Assembly (NCBI GenBank): GCA_963663035.1
Contig: OY760074.1
Span: forward strand, 992,001 to 1,056,000
Direction: 5' to 3'
Length of the DNA: 64,000 bases
Source: Acidobacteriota bacterium
GTDB lineage: Bacteria > Acidobacteriota > UBA6911 > RPQK01 > JADFOI01
Positions 1 through 8,956 of this stretch are shown one piece after another. Made by a program: the position numbers and the translations under genes. Numbering within the stretch: the stretch's first letter is position 1; the number at the start of each line of letters is the position of its first letter. Below the pieces are notes generated by a model. It was given only the letters and a program-made list of their open reading frames with translations, was not told the origin of the DNA and made no database searches.

Positions 1-1
1 C

Positions 2-3000
2 ATTGACCCGTTCGGAGAGACCCTTTTTGAACTGAGTCCGTTCGGAAAAAAGGGGAAGAAAATTCTTGCCTTGGCGGCTGATCCGCTGGATGCCTTCGTG
101 TGGGTGGCTACAAGAGATCAGGTGGCTCGTGTGAGCAGCGACGGGGAGATCCTGATGATCCAAGAGTCCATCGGCTCGAAGAAAAAGAAGGGGAGAAGTC
201 GGGATGTGGCCCTTTACGTCGACGTGATTTCTCCTCAAGTTATCTTCACAGCTCCACCGGGGGGGAGGCTGATGAGCAATAGTCAACCAGTGCTGATGTT
301 GAGCTTTAGGGATCTCGGCGGGGGAGTGGATCCTGCAACTTTGCGCTTTAAAGTGAACGGGGCAGAGTGGCCGAGCAGTTGCCTCTTTGCTGAGCAGGCA
401 GCCGCAACTTGCTTCCCTGATGTTCCCTTGCCGGAAGGGTTGATCGAGCTTTCGGCTTGGGTTGACGATTTCAATGGCAATCCCTCAGATCCGGCCCAAG
501 TACAGTTTGTCGTTGACACGATCCCTCCCCGAATCACCTTTGCCAGGCCTTTAGAGGGTGAGGTGCTCAACACCACTAGTCCGAGTTTACGGCTCGAGTA
601 CAGCGATATCGGCTCGGGTGTGGACAGCACGTCACTTGTGATCCAGGTCAACGGCAGTCCGCTGAAGGTCACCTGCGTCACGGAGGAGATGAGCGCTACC
701 TGTGATCCAGTCACACCCCTGCCAGTAGGACCCGACCACCTCACGGCTACTATCCAGGATCTAGCCGGAAACCTCTCGGCCTCGGCGGAGCTGGGCTTCA
801 CCATCCAATTGGGGGAAGCCAGGTTTCCAGTTTTGGATCCCATCGGAGACCAGACCGTGCCCTTGGGCAGCACGCTAACCTTTAACTTGACGGCCAATGA
901 TATAGAAGGCGATCCGCTGGCCTTTTCTGCTAGCCCAGTTCCATTGCCGGCGAACTCCAGCTTGAACGCCAGCTCAGGGGTGTTTACTTTCACTCCATTA
1001 TCCAATCAAGTGGGAGTCATTCCCCTGACTTTCAGCGTGAGTGATGGAGTTCTGAGCGATTCAGAAAACATCAACATCACCGTCCAGGGTTCCATTCCTG
1101 GCGGTGAGACAAGTTTTACCGGAAAGCTCCTCGATGCCAATGACTTCGAGCTGGGAGTAGAAACCCCGGTGGTTGGGGCCGTCATTTCTTTTCTGGGCAC
1201 GACACAATGGGCCCTTTCTGACTCTGAGGGGAATTTCACAGTGGATGATCTCCAGGGTGGGAGCCATATTCTGGATATTGATACCTCGACGGCTTATTTT
1301 GCTCCCGACGGTTCTGACTATGGAGGTTTTCGAGAGGAGGTTGAACTCATCTCAGGCGTTAACAATGTCGTAAGCCGCCCCTTCTTTCTCCCTCGAATTG
1401 CCGCCAGCAGTCTTACGCCGATTAATCCGAACTCGTTTACCAGAGTCACCAATCCTGATCTGGGAATCTCTTTGACAATTCCACCCAACACAGCCAAAGG
1501 AGAAGATGGCAACAACTTCACGGGTCAGCTTTCCATCTCATTGGTTCCCAGGGACCTTGCTCCAGCAGCTTTACCCGATTTCCTGGATCCAGGGCTGCTC
1601 ATCACCATCCAGCCGGTGGGTATCACCTTTGCGACTCCTGTTCCCATCACTTTTCCCAATATCGACAATCTTCCAGCAGGAAGCCAAGTGGACATCTGGT
1701 CCCTGGACGCCGATCTGGGTGTTTTTTCCATTGTCGGAACGGGTCTTGTCTCTGCGGATGCTACAGAGATTGAGACCATCTCCGGCGGGATCAGGGCCAC
1801 AGACTGGCATGCCATGATGCCGCCCCGGCCCAAACAGGACAACAGTGCCAACAACGCAGATAACCAGGATCCAGAGAAGTGTACGGAGTGTCCGACAGGG
1901 TCCAGGACAGCCGTCTCCTCAGGGAATCTGAGGGTTGAACAGGATCTGGTGAGCTACCGCTCTCTAGGTCAATCCCGAGCACTGCGGTTGGTCTACAATA
2001 GTCTGCATGCCGATCCTCAGCCCATCATTGGCTCAAAGACGACGATTCCATTGAGGGCCGCTGTGCCACTCTCGGTTTCAGCTCGTCTTAGCGTGGCCGG
2101 AGTCGATCAAGGTGTGAGCACCTTCATGAGCACACAAGGACTGAGTGAGGAGAGCGACGAAACGATCCGACAGGTGGTTTCCTACGAAGCCGCTGAGTTT
2201 CCCACGGGGCTCTATTCTTACCGGCTGCGATTGACCAGCCACTACTCCTCTACAGCCATTTCGGCCATTCAGACCGGCAATGTGCTGGTGAATAATCAGC
2301 GGGTGAGTCCTTTTGGTTCCGGTTGGACCCTGCAGGGTCTTGGGAAGCTCCATTTTCAGCGAGATGGGAGCATCGTTTTGACGGATGGCAATGGGTCTGC
2401 CAAGCTGTTCAGACGATCTTCCTCAGGCAGTCTGACTTTCCTCTCCCCTTCGGGAGATTTTTCTACCCTGGAGGGAAAGATCGATGGCAGCTTCACTCGA
2501 AGGCTCAAGGACGGAACTCAAATCGACTTCAATGTCGACGGCCTGCAGAGCTCGATTTTGGATCGAACCGGCACTAGAACCGTCTTCGCCTACGATGACA
2601 GTGAGCGGTTAATCTCAATCACCGATCCGGTGGGCTTGGTGACAAGCATTTCCTACACTGGAGGATTTCTGCGTTCCATGACGGATCCGGCAGGTCGCGT
2701 GACGCGATTTGAGCTCGACGCGGCGGGCAATCTTACCCGGATAGTGGCTCCGGACGGCACCCGCCGCCGCTTCACCTATGATCCACACCACCGCATGAGT
2801 ACGCACACTTCGAAAGGTGGATTTGTCACGACTTATAGCTATGGTTTCGCAGGCCGTAATGTCGCTGTCACACGTGCAGATGGCTCCACTCGAGGAATTG
2901 TCCCAAGCGAGGCTTTAGGCCTGGCGGATCTGTCCTCGGGAGTGGGGACTTCAGAGAATCCGGCTTCTGTGGTGCGCCCTGCAGACGTGGAAGCGCTTTG

Positions 3001-3121
3001 CATCCGGCTTCTGTGGTGCGCCAGTCACAGATGGAAATGGCAACGCGTCTCGCTTTACCACCGACCGGTTTGGTGGGGCCACCCGAACGATCGATGCCCT
3101 GGGGAGAACCACCCTGATTGA
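2..3121 (+). CDS. Large RHS/YD-repeat (teneurin-like) toxin carrier, N-terminal part; 5'-truncated by the window and frameshifted near 3000
   Basis: The frame is open from position 2 (IDPFGETLFELSPFG...). It has two Ig-like repeats (DTIPPRITF...D.AGN), a cadherin-like Ig domain, a carboxypeptidase-regulatory-like domain, then YD repeats (YDDSERLISITDPVG). The translation is out of frame after ~2998. Confidence 0.85.
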   Translation: MDPFGETLFELSPFGKKGKKILALAADPLDAFVWVATRDQVARVSSDGEILMIQESIGSKKKKGRSRDVALYVDVISPQVIFTAPPGGRLMSNSQPVLMLSFRDLGGGVDPATLRFKVNGAEWPSSCLFAEQAAATCFPDVPLPEGLIELSAWVDDFNGNPSDPAQVQFVVDTIPPRITFARPLEGEVLNTTSPSLRLEYSDIGSGVDSTSLVIQVNGSPLKVTCVTEEMSATCDPVTPLPVGPDHLTATIQDLAGNLSASAELGFTIQLGEARFPVLDPIGDQTVPLGSTLTFNLTANDIEGDPLAFSASPVPLPANSSLNASSGVFTFTPLSNQVGVIPLTFSVSDGVLSDSENINITVQGSIPGGETSFTGKLLDANDFELGVETPVVGAVISFLGTTQWALSDSEGNFTVDDLQGGSHILDIDTSTAYFAPDGSDYGGFREEVELISGVNNVVSRPFFLPRIAASSLTPINPNSFTRVTNPDLGISLTIPPNTAKGEDGNNFTGQLSISLVPRDLAPAALPDFLDPGLLITIQPVGITFATPVPITFPNIDNLPAGSQVDIWSLDADLGVFSIVGTGLVSADATEIETISGGIRATDWHAMMPPRPKQDNSANNADNQDPEKCTECPTGSRTAVSSGNLRVEQDLVSYRSLGQSRALRLVYNSLHADPQPIIGSKTTIPLRAAVPLSVSARLSVAGVDQGVSTFMSTQGLSEESDETIRQVVSYEAAEFPTGLYSYRLRLTSHYSSTAISAIQTGNVLVNNQRVSPFGSGWTLQGLGKLHFQRDGSIVLTDGNGSAKLFRRSSSGSLTFLSPSGDFSTLEGKIDGSFTRRLKDGTQIDFNVDGLQSSILDRTGTRTVFAYDDSERLISITDPVGLVTSISYTGGFLRSMTDPAGRVTRFELDAAGNLTRIVAPDGTRRRFTYDPHHRMSTHTSKGGFVTTYSYGFAGRNVAVTRADGSTRGIVPSEALGLADLSSGVGTSENPASVVRPADVEALCIRLLWCASHRWKWQRVSLYHRPVWWGHPNDRCPGENHPD
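2958..3022 (+). repeat. 21-bp direct repeat (ATCCGGCTTCTGTGGTGCGCC) at the RHS frameshift
   Basis: Identical copies at 2958-2978 and 3002-3022. Confidence 0.95.
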
Positions 3122-6100
3122 GCGAAATGGGGGCAACAAGGGGTCGCTTCAGGGGGACGCGACGTTTGCCGCTGGGCGAGTCGGTCAGGCGTTTCTCTTC
3201 AATCGGGTCGATGCTTTTGTGGAAATTCCTCACCACTCAAGTCTGGACGATTTTACAGAGGCCACGGTGGCCGCCTGGATAAATCTCAATTCTGTAGAGG
3301 GCCGTCAAGCTATTCTTTCCAAGGTTCCAGAGGGAAATTATTATTTGCTGGTCGACGGGGATCGGCTTAGCTTTGAAAACAATCTGATTAACTTTGGCGC
3401 GTTTAAGGGTTCCACGCAGCTGGCTTCCTCAACCTGGTATTTTGTGGCCGCCACCTGGGATGGCAGCGAGACTAGGCTCTATGTAAACGGGATACTGGAT
3501 GGCAGCGATCCTGTGGACTGGGTAGGTGCTCCGAACACAGATGCGGTGAAAATTGGACAACGAGGTCGAAATGACGATCTTTTCGGTGGACTCATCGACG
3601 AAGTTGAGATTTACAACCGGGCCCTCAGCGCTTCTGAAATCCAGGCCATCTTCGATGCGGGTAACTCGGGTAATCGGCCGGAGCCCTTGTCGGGTCTGAT
3701 CAGCCGCTGGCAAGGTGAGGGGAGTGCCTCTGATGTTAAAGGAGAGCAAGGGCTTCCCAGCCGAATAACCAGGGCCAACGGCGCTGTTTTCACAATGAGC
3801 TATGATCAGCGGGGCAATCTGCTGACCTCTACAGAAGAGGCCACCAACGCTACGACTACCTTCACTTACGAGCCTGTGTTCAATCAGGTCAGTTCGGTGA
3901 CAGACCCTGACGGGAACGCGACCGCCATCAACTATGACGCCAGTGGCAATCCCATTGAGATCATAGATGCTCTGGGAACCCGTACGGTCATGGCGTACGC
4001 TGATCCAACTTGTCCTGGCCAGCTGACCAGTGTCACGGCTGCTCAAGGATTACCGGAAGAAAACATCACAACCTTCGAGTATGACCCGGTCACATGCAAC
4101 CTCACTCAGACCACAGATCCGCTCTTGAACAGAACAGTCCTGGCCTACGATGCAGCCGGCAACGTCACTCAATCCAGTGACGCTGAAGGCCGGCTTACGC
4201 GTTTTCAGTACGATGTGCTGAATCGCCTCACTAAAGTCATCGATGCCACCAACTCCGCTCCTGACCCGGTTTGCGGGACGGCGAGCGTGACCTGCTACGA
4301 CTACGACGACCAGGGAAACCTCATTCAAGTGACCGACGCCCAGGGCAGCATGACAACCTTTGAATACGATACTGAGGACCGGTTGACGAAGACGACGGAC
4401 CCCTTGGGCAATTTCGAGACGTTTGACTATGACGACAACGGCAATCTTATCTCGACAACCGATCGCAGCAATCAGATGATCGACTTTGAGTATGATGTGG
4501 GTAACCAGCTGATCGAGAAAACCTTGCTGCCAGGGGCTCCAGGAGAAGCAGTGACAAGCTTCGGCTATGATCTGACTGGTAATCTCACCTCGGTCGCGGA
4601 TCCGGACAGCTTCCTGACCATGACCTACGACGACCTCAGTCGTCTAGACACTGTTTTCACTTCAGGCTCACCCAATCAGCTGGAGGTGTCGATCAGTTAC
4701 ACCTACGACAAGAACGGCAACCGCTTGACGATGACAGATCCGGAAAGAGTAACCAGTAGTGTTTATGACGAGCTGAACCGGCTGACCGACCTGACAAACC
4801 CCTCTTTAGACACGGTGTCCTTTGAATATGACAACTTGAGTCGTCGCACCCAACTGAGTATGCCCACTGGCGTCACGACTGTCTACAGCTATGACGATGC
4901 CAGTCAGCTGCTGAGTCTGGAGCATACGCTCGGAGCCTCGATGATCTCTAACTTCTCCTACACCTACGACAAGGTGGGGAATCGGAAGACTTTCGCCCAG
5001 GATCGTTCCGCGGTCAGTGTGGCTTCGCCTCTGAACTATCTCTACGATGATCTGAACCGTTTGATTGAAGGCACCCATCCTTTGCCTCTTCTTCCCCAGG
5101 AGATCTTCGACTACGATCCCGTAGGCAATCGTGAGCTGAGGGACGGGCAGTCTTTTACCTCCATCTTTGATGCAGCCAATCGTTTACTGGAGGATGAGGA
5201 CTTCTGCTACGACTACGACGACAACGGCAACTTAACCTCCAAGGAGGCCAAAGTGACGGGTGCTTGCGGCGCAGCCGGTCAACTCACAGAGTACGATTAT
5301 GATCCTGAAAACCAGCTCATTGAAGTCCGAGTCAATGGCACCCCGGTAGGAAGTTATCGCTACGACGGATTAGGTCGGAGGATCGAGAAGGACGCGAGTG
5401 GCGCGGTGACAAGGTACATCTATGACAACGAGGACCTTCTGCTGGAGTTTGACGGTGCCAACACTCTGATTGCTCGCTACACCCACGGGCCTGGAATCGA
5501 TGAGCCGTTGATCATGGAGCGAGATCTGGACACTAGCGGGACGTTTGAAGTTACTGAGCAATTCTTCTACCACGTGGATGGCCTTGGGAGTGTCACGGAG
5601 TTGACGGATTCTGCTGGGCTGGTCGCTCGAGCTTATGTGTACGATTCGTTTGGGCAGATTGCTCAGGAGGTGGGAACCTTAGCCAATCCCTTTACATTCA
5701 CGGGACGCGAAATTGATGAGGAGAGTGGCCTTTATTTCTACCGTGCCCGCTACTATGATCCGCGGACTGGAAGATTCACTAGCGAGGATCCTGTGGGTCT
5801 TGGAGGTGGCGACCCCAACTTCTACCAGTACGTACTGAATAACCCAATCAGCTTCGTAGATCCTACAGGGGAGGGTCCGAAGGGACTGGCAGCTTGTATC
5901 ATTGTTCAAGCTATCGGCGTGGGTCCGACGATAATAAATATAGTCAGCTTGGGATTTGAAGTAGGTGAAATAAATCAGGAAATCGAAGATATCAATAGAT
6001 GCATAGACGATGAGTTAGACAAGGGTTTCAGCAAAGCTGATTTTATAGAAATTGGACGATTGAGCACAAAGAAAAAGAAACTCGAAATGGAAAAACTTAG

Positions 6101-6194
6101 GAAACTTCTGGAAGGGGCCAAGGCCGAGGCCTACGGTAGGGCTCTTGAAATCCCACTGGCGCCTTTGTGCCTCTTTTTGATAGCAGCGTTTTGA
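3024..6194 (+). CDS. RHS/YD-repeat toxin, C-terminal part: inserted LamG domain, YD repeats, RHS core and 107-aa C-terminal toxin domain
   Basis: YD-like sequence resumes in this frame at 3024 (VTDGNGNASRFTTDRFG), upstream of the ORF-track start at 3219. RHS core motifs are present (FTGREIDEESGLYFYRARYYDPRTGRFTSEDP...NNPISFVDPTG). The divergent, AT-richer tip runs 5871-6194. Confidence 0.88.
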   Translation, partial: VTDGNGNASRFTTDRFGGATRTIDALGRTTLIERNGGNKGSLQGDATFAAGRVGQAFLFNRVDAFVEIPHHSSLDDFTEATVAAWINLNSVEGRQAILSKVPEGNYYLLVDGDRLSFENNLINFGAFKGSTQLASSTWYFVAATWDGSETRLYVNGILDGSDPVDWVGAPNTDAVKIGQRGRNDDLFGGLIDEVEIYNRALSASEIQAIFDAGNSGNRPEPLSGLISRWQGEGSASDVKGEQGLPSRITRANGAVFTMSYDQRGNLLTSTEEATNATTTFTYEPVFNQVSSVTDPDGNATAINYDASGNPIEIIDALGTRTVMAYADPTCPGQLTSVTAAQGLPEENITTFEYDPVTCNLTQTTDPLLNRTVLAYDAAGNVTQSSDAEGRLTRFQYDVLNRLTKVIDATNSAPDPVCGTASVTCYDYDDQGNLIQVTDAQGSMTTFEYDTEDRLTKTTDPLGNFETFDYDDNGNLISTTDRSNQMIDFEYDVGNQLIEKTLLPGAPGEAVTSFGYDLTGNLTSVADPDSFLTMTYDDLSRLDTVFTSGSPNQLEVSISYTYDKNGNRLTMTDPERVTSSVYDELNRLTDLTNPSLDTVSFEYDNLSRRTQLSMPTGVTTVYSYDDASQLLSLEHTLGASMISNFSYTYDKVGNRKTFAQDRSAVSVASPLNYLYDDLNRLIEGTHPLPLLPQEIFDYDPVGNRELRDGQSFTSIFDAANRLLEDEDFCYDYDDNGNLTSKEAKVTGACGAAGQLTEYDYDPENQLIEVRVNGTPVGSYRYDGLGRRIEKDASGAVTRYIYDNEDLLLEFDGANTLIARYTHGPGIDEPLIMERDLDTSGTFEVTEQFFYHVDGLGSVTELTDSAGLVARAYVYDSFGQIAQEVGTLANPFTFTGREIDEESGLYFYRARYYDPRTGRFTSEDPVGLGGGDPNFYQYVLNNPISFVDPTGEGPKGLAACIIVQAIGVGPTIINIVSLGFEVGEINQEIEDINRCIDDELDKGFSKADFIEIGRLSTKKKKLEMEKLRKLLEGAKAEAYGRALEIPLAPLCLFLIAAF

Positions 6195-6211
6195 GATAAC
6201 GGACGGGTAGA

Positions 6212-6601
6212 ATGCACTTCATCATGACGCACTTGGTGTTGATAGCGATGTGTTTCTGGATCAGTTCAGGTGTTGCGTTGTTTTGGTGGCTCTGTTTGAA
6301 TCAGCCAAAGCCGATACTGCGAAGATATCCAAGAACAATCTTGATCCAAATGAGCCTGCCATTCTTACGCAATCGTTGGAGGGACATTGACCCCAATGAC
6401 GTCGAACATTTAAACACCTTTAGAAAAAGGCTGTTCGTTCGTGTAGTGTTGCTATTCGTCATTCCCACCTTTCTCGTTTTCCTATGTGTACGTCTGAACA
6501 TTATTTACCTACACAACATATCGACTGAGGTGGACATGAGGTCCGAGGAGATCGATAGAAAGGTTGAGGAATTCTTAAGGGACAGGCCGGATGACGAATG
6601 A
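6212..6601 (+). CDS. Putative cognate immunity protein (two TM helices)
   Basis: It starts 17 nt after the toxin stop, is AT-rich, has two hydrophobic segments and shares the YPR...LP...D.D..D motif with the downstream paralogs. Confidence 0.75.
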   Translation: MHFIMTHLVLIAMCFWISSGVALFWWLCLNQPKPILRRYPRTILIQMSLPFLRNRWRDIDPNDVEHLNTFRKRLFVRVVLLFVIPTFLVFLCVRLNIIYLHNISTEVDMRSEEIDRKVEEFLRDRPDDE

Positions 6602-6606
6602 AGTAC

Positions 6607-6627
6607 GGGTAGACTGTCCCCACATTT
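6607..6627 (+). repeat. Cassette-boundary motif copy 1 (GGGTAGACTGTCCCCACATTT)
   Basis: It matches 8447-8467 at 18/21 positions and lies just after the stop of immunity gene 1. Confidence 0.7.
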
Positions 6628-6632
6628 CGCCC

Positions 6633-6728
6633 CAAGAATTAGCCCGTGAGGGAGGTGTAGGAACTGGAGTTAACGCCACCATAGGACTGGCTTGTGGGGC
6701 TGCGATAATCTTGGCGCTCCTCTTGTGA
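6633..6728 (+). pseudogene. Start-less remnant of an RHS toxin C-terminal tail (QELAREGGVGTGVNATIGLACGAAIILALLL*)
   Basis: It has a G-x10-C followed by a hydrophobic end, like the intact toxin tail (YGRALEIPLAPLCLFLIAAF*), and stops 20 nt before the next immunity gene. Confidence 0.55.
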
Positions 6729-6971
6729 ACCCAAAGGAGAGATAGGGAATGGGTATTAATGCTTTCACCCTGCCTTACTATGTACTTTTTCTAGCTATGA
6801 TGATGATTATCATCAAGATTTATAGGAAAATGCCGTCCAAAGAAATTATAAAAAAATATCCACGGTCAACAATAGCCAAGAGTATCTGTCTGCCCTTCTT
6901 TGAGTCCTGGAAGAAAGATGTTGAACCGGACCACATTGACGTAATTGAAAGGTATGCGAGATCAGGCCGCG

Positions 6972-8351
6972 GAGCTACCCTCAAAAGGTGTGTAAATAGC
7001 ACAGGCGGTGATTATCCTTCCGGGTGAAAATAAAAACCCGGGCGGAAGAGCCCGAAAGGAAGGAGTCACACCGCCATGAGCAAGAAGAACATTGATCACA
7101 GTGTGGAGTCAAGAGTCTGCTTTGAACAGCTGGAAGAGTGGGTGCGAGAGCAGATCCAGTTTTACGTACAGGAACTGCTGGAGGATGAAGTGACACAGCT
7201 GCTGGGACGAAGAAAGAATGAGCGTCGCCGAGAAGTGGACGCCTCCGGTGGCTATCGCAACGGCTACGGCAAGGAGCGGCGACTGACGATGAGTTGCGGA
7301 ACGATCAAGCTGCGGCGTCCCCGAGTGCGGGATCTGGAAGAGCGTTTTGAGAGCCGGGTCTTGCCGCTGTTTGCCAAGCGAACGCGAGAGGTACGAGACT
7401 TGATTCCAGAACTCTATTTACATGGTCTGGCCGAGGGGGATTTCGATCTGGCCTTGAGAGGGCTTTTAGGGGAAGAAGCGCCGCTGTCCCCCAGCACCGT
7501 AGCCCGGTTGAAACAGAAGTGGCAGGGAGAAATGGAGGCCTGGCAGAGCCGTCGGCTGGATGATCTGGAAGTCGTGTATTTGTGGGCGGACGGCGTGTAC
7601 ATCAAAGCAGGGCTGGAGAAGGAGAAGGCCGTGATTCTGGTAGTGATCGCCGCTTTAAGTGATGGCACTAAAGTGGTGGTGTCCGTCAGTAGTGGTTATC
7701 GAGAATCGACCCAGAGCTGGTCCGAAGTGCTGCGGGATCTCAAAGAGCGGGGGATGAACCCACCCCGTCTGGTGATCGCTGACGGGCATCTGGGGATCTG
7801 GGGAGCGTTGCGCAACGTGTTCCCAGAAGCCGACGAGCAGAGATGCTGGAATCATCGCATCGTCAACTTGCTGGCCAAGATCCCCAAGAGTCGGCACAAA
7901 GCGGCCTTGTTGATGTTGCGGCAGATCCCTTATGCAGAAACACGGCAGGAAGCCGAGCGAGTCAAAGGACGATTCCAACATTGGTGTAGCAAGAGAGGCC
8001 TGGAGGCAGCGGCTGATCTGATCGACCAGGACTGGGAGCGGATGGTGACGTTTTACAACTATCCCAAACAGCAGTGGCAACATCTGCGGACTACCAACCC
8101 AGTGGAGTCTCCCTTCTCTGCTCTGCGACTGCGAACCGATGCTGCTCGAAGGTTCAAGAAAGTGGCCAACGCACGGGCTGTCATCTGGAAGATGCTGCTG
8201 GTCGCTGAGAAGAGATTTCGCCGTTTGAAGGCTCCCCACTTGATGAAGGATGTCTACCAAGGAGCCCAATATGTCAATGGAGTTCCAGTCAACCCAGTCA
8301 CCCAGGAGAAAGCCGCCTGATGTCTATTTACACACTTATTGACGGAACCTC
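6972..8351 (+). mobile_element. IS256-family insertion sequence (~1380 bp)
   Basis: Imperfect terminal inverted repeats are GAGCTACCCTCAAAAGGTGTGTAAATAG and (rc) GAGGTTCCGTCAATAAGTGTGTAAATAG. The 9-bp target duplication CAGGCCGCG is at 6963-6971 and 8352-8360. Confidence 0.95.
7076..8320 (+). CDS. IS256-family (Mutator-like) DDE transposase
   Basis: Motifs YRNGY, PRVRD, YLWADG, IADG..G, QRCWNH, LRTTNPVES; 414 aa, intact. Confidence 0.95.
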   Translation: MSKKNIDHSVESRVCFEQLEEWVREQIQFYVQELLEDEVTQLLGRRKNERRREVDASGGYRNGYGKERRLTMSCGTIKLRRPRVRDLEERFESRVLPLFAKRTREVRDLIPELYLHGLAEGDFDLALRGLLGEEAPLSPSTVARLKQKWQGEMEAWQSRRLDDLEVVYLWADGVYIKAGLEKEKAVILVVIAALSDGTKVVVSVSSGYRESTQSWSEVLRDLKERGMNPPRLVIADGHLGIWGALRNVFPEADEQRCWNHRIVNLLAKIPKSRHKAALLMLRQIPYAETRQEAERVKGRFQHWCSKRGLEAAADLIDQDWERMVTFYNYPKQQWQHLRTTNPVESPFSALRLRTDAARRFKKVANARAVIWKMLLVAEKRFRRLKAPHLMKDVYQGAQYVNGVPVNPVTQEKAA

Positions 8352-8446
8352 CAGGCCGCGCTCTCATAGTTACTTTGCTTGTCTTTATTAGTATCTCCAG
8401 CATCATAAGATATCTACAGGTTGTGTACTTGTTGAGTGTTGTCGAA

Positions 8447-8467
8447 GGGTAGACTCTCCCTGCATTT
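8447..8467 (+). repeat. Cassette-boundary motif copy 2 (GGGTAGACTCTCCCTGCATTT)
   Basis: It matches copy 1 at 18/21 positions and contains the TAG stop of immunity paralog 2. Confidence 0.7.
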
Positions 8468-8517
8468 TCGGAGGTAGTGTTGCCAGTCTCGTCTTTGCCT
8501 TTTGCTTTGTTCTCTAA
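8467..8517 (+). pseudogene. Start-less remnant of an RHS toxin C-terminal tail (FGGSVASLVFAFCFVL*)
   Basis: It has G-x10-C plus a hydrophobic end, begins at the end of the motif and stops 12 nt before immunity paralog 3. Confidence 0.5.
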
Positions 8518-8529
8518 CTAAATTCAAGA

Positions 8530-8913
8530 ATGGATTGGCTAATGGCTGTTGTGCCGACACTTGTGTTTGTTCTTGTTTTCATTTGGTTGGTCCTGTCGGG
8601 GTTACACTTCTTGAAATGGAGGTCAAAGCACTCTCCGAAAAGCACTATGGCTAACTATCCAAGGCGCTCTATCTTCCAACTGATGCTATTTTTGCCGGTA
8701 AGTGGTTCGCCAACTATTGATTCCGATGACTACGATATCTTGACTGACTATAGAAGAAGAGTATGGATCCGTTATCTGGTCTTCGTTCTGATGCCGATTT
8801 TGATTATTGTTTTATGTGTGCGGATCCTGTCTCTTCGTATCGGCCAAACGGTAAACGAAATCCAAACGGATAGGCAGGAACTTGAACGTAGAATCGAAGA
8901 AAACACCCGTTAG
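8530..8913 (+). CDS. Orphan immunity paralog 3 (two TM helices)
   Basis: It aligns by eye with 6212-6601 (PK....YPR..I...LP...ID.DD...L..(Y/F)R.R...R....V.P....LCVR...E..R..EE). Confidence 0.8.
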   Translation: MDWLMAVVPTLVFVLVFIWLVLSGLHFLKWRSKHSPKSTMANYPRRSIFQLMLFLPVSGSPTIDSDDYDILTDYRRRVWIRYLVFVLMPILIIVLCVRILSLRIGQTVNEIQTDRQELERRIEENTR

Positions 8914-8930
8914 GAAAAATGAGAGATCTA

Positions 8931-8956
8931 GGTTGGTACTTCCCCCACTTTTCCCC
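8931..8956 (+). repeat. Degenerate cassette-boundary motif copy 3 (GGTTGGTACTTCCCCCACTTTTCCCC)
   Basis: Loose similarity to copy 1; it follows immunity paralog 3. Confidence 0.4.

Larger units (their letters stand above)
6749..8452 (+). pseudogene. Orphan immunity paralog 2, interrupted by IS256 (reconstructed 104 aa)
   Basis: Joining 6749-6971 to 8361-8452 restores ...KKYPRSTIAKSICLPFF...ERYARSGRALIVTLLVFISISSIIRYLQVVYLLSVVEG*. Confidence 0.85.

Noticed and set aside
6203-6613. 9-bp direct repeat ACGGGTAGA flanking immunity gene 1 (6203-6211, 6605-6613) as a target duplication
   Set aside because: It is short and the first copy sits at the RBS position, so it cannot be distinguished from chance. 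It is worth rechecking only if the cassette model holds.
6607-8956. Integron attC sites or CRISPR repeats as an explanation of the cassette motif
   Set aside because: No RYYYAAC...GTTRRRY long imperfect palindromes, no intI or cas genes, and the spacing is gene-sized.
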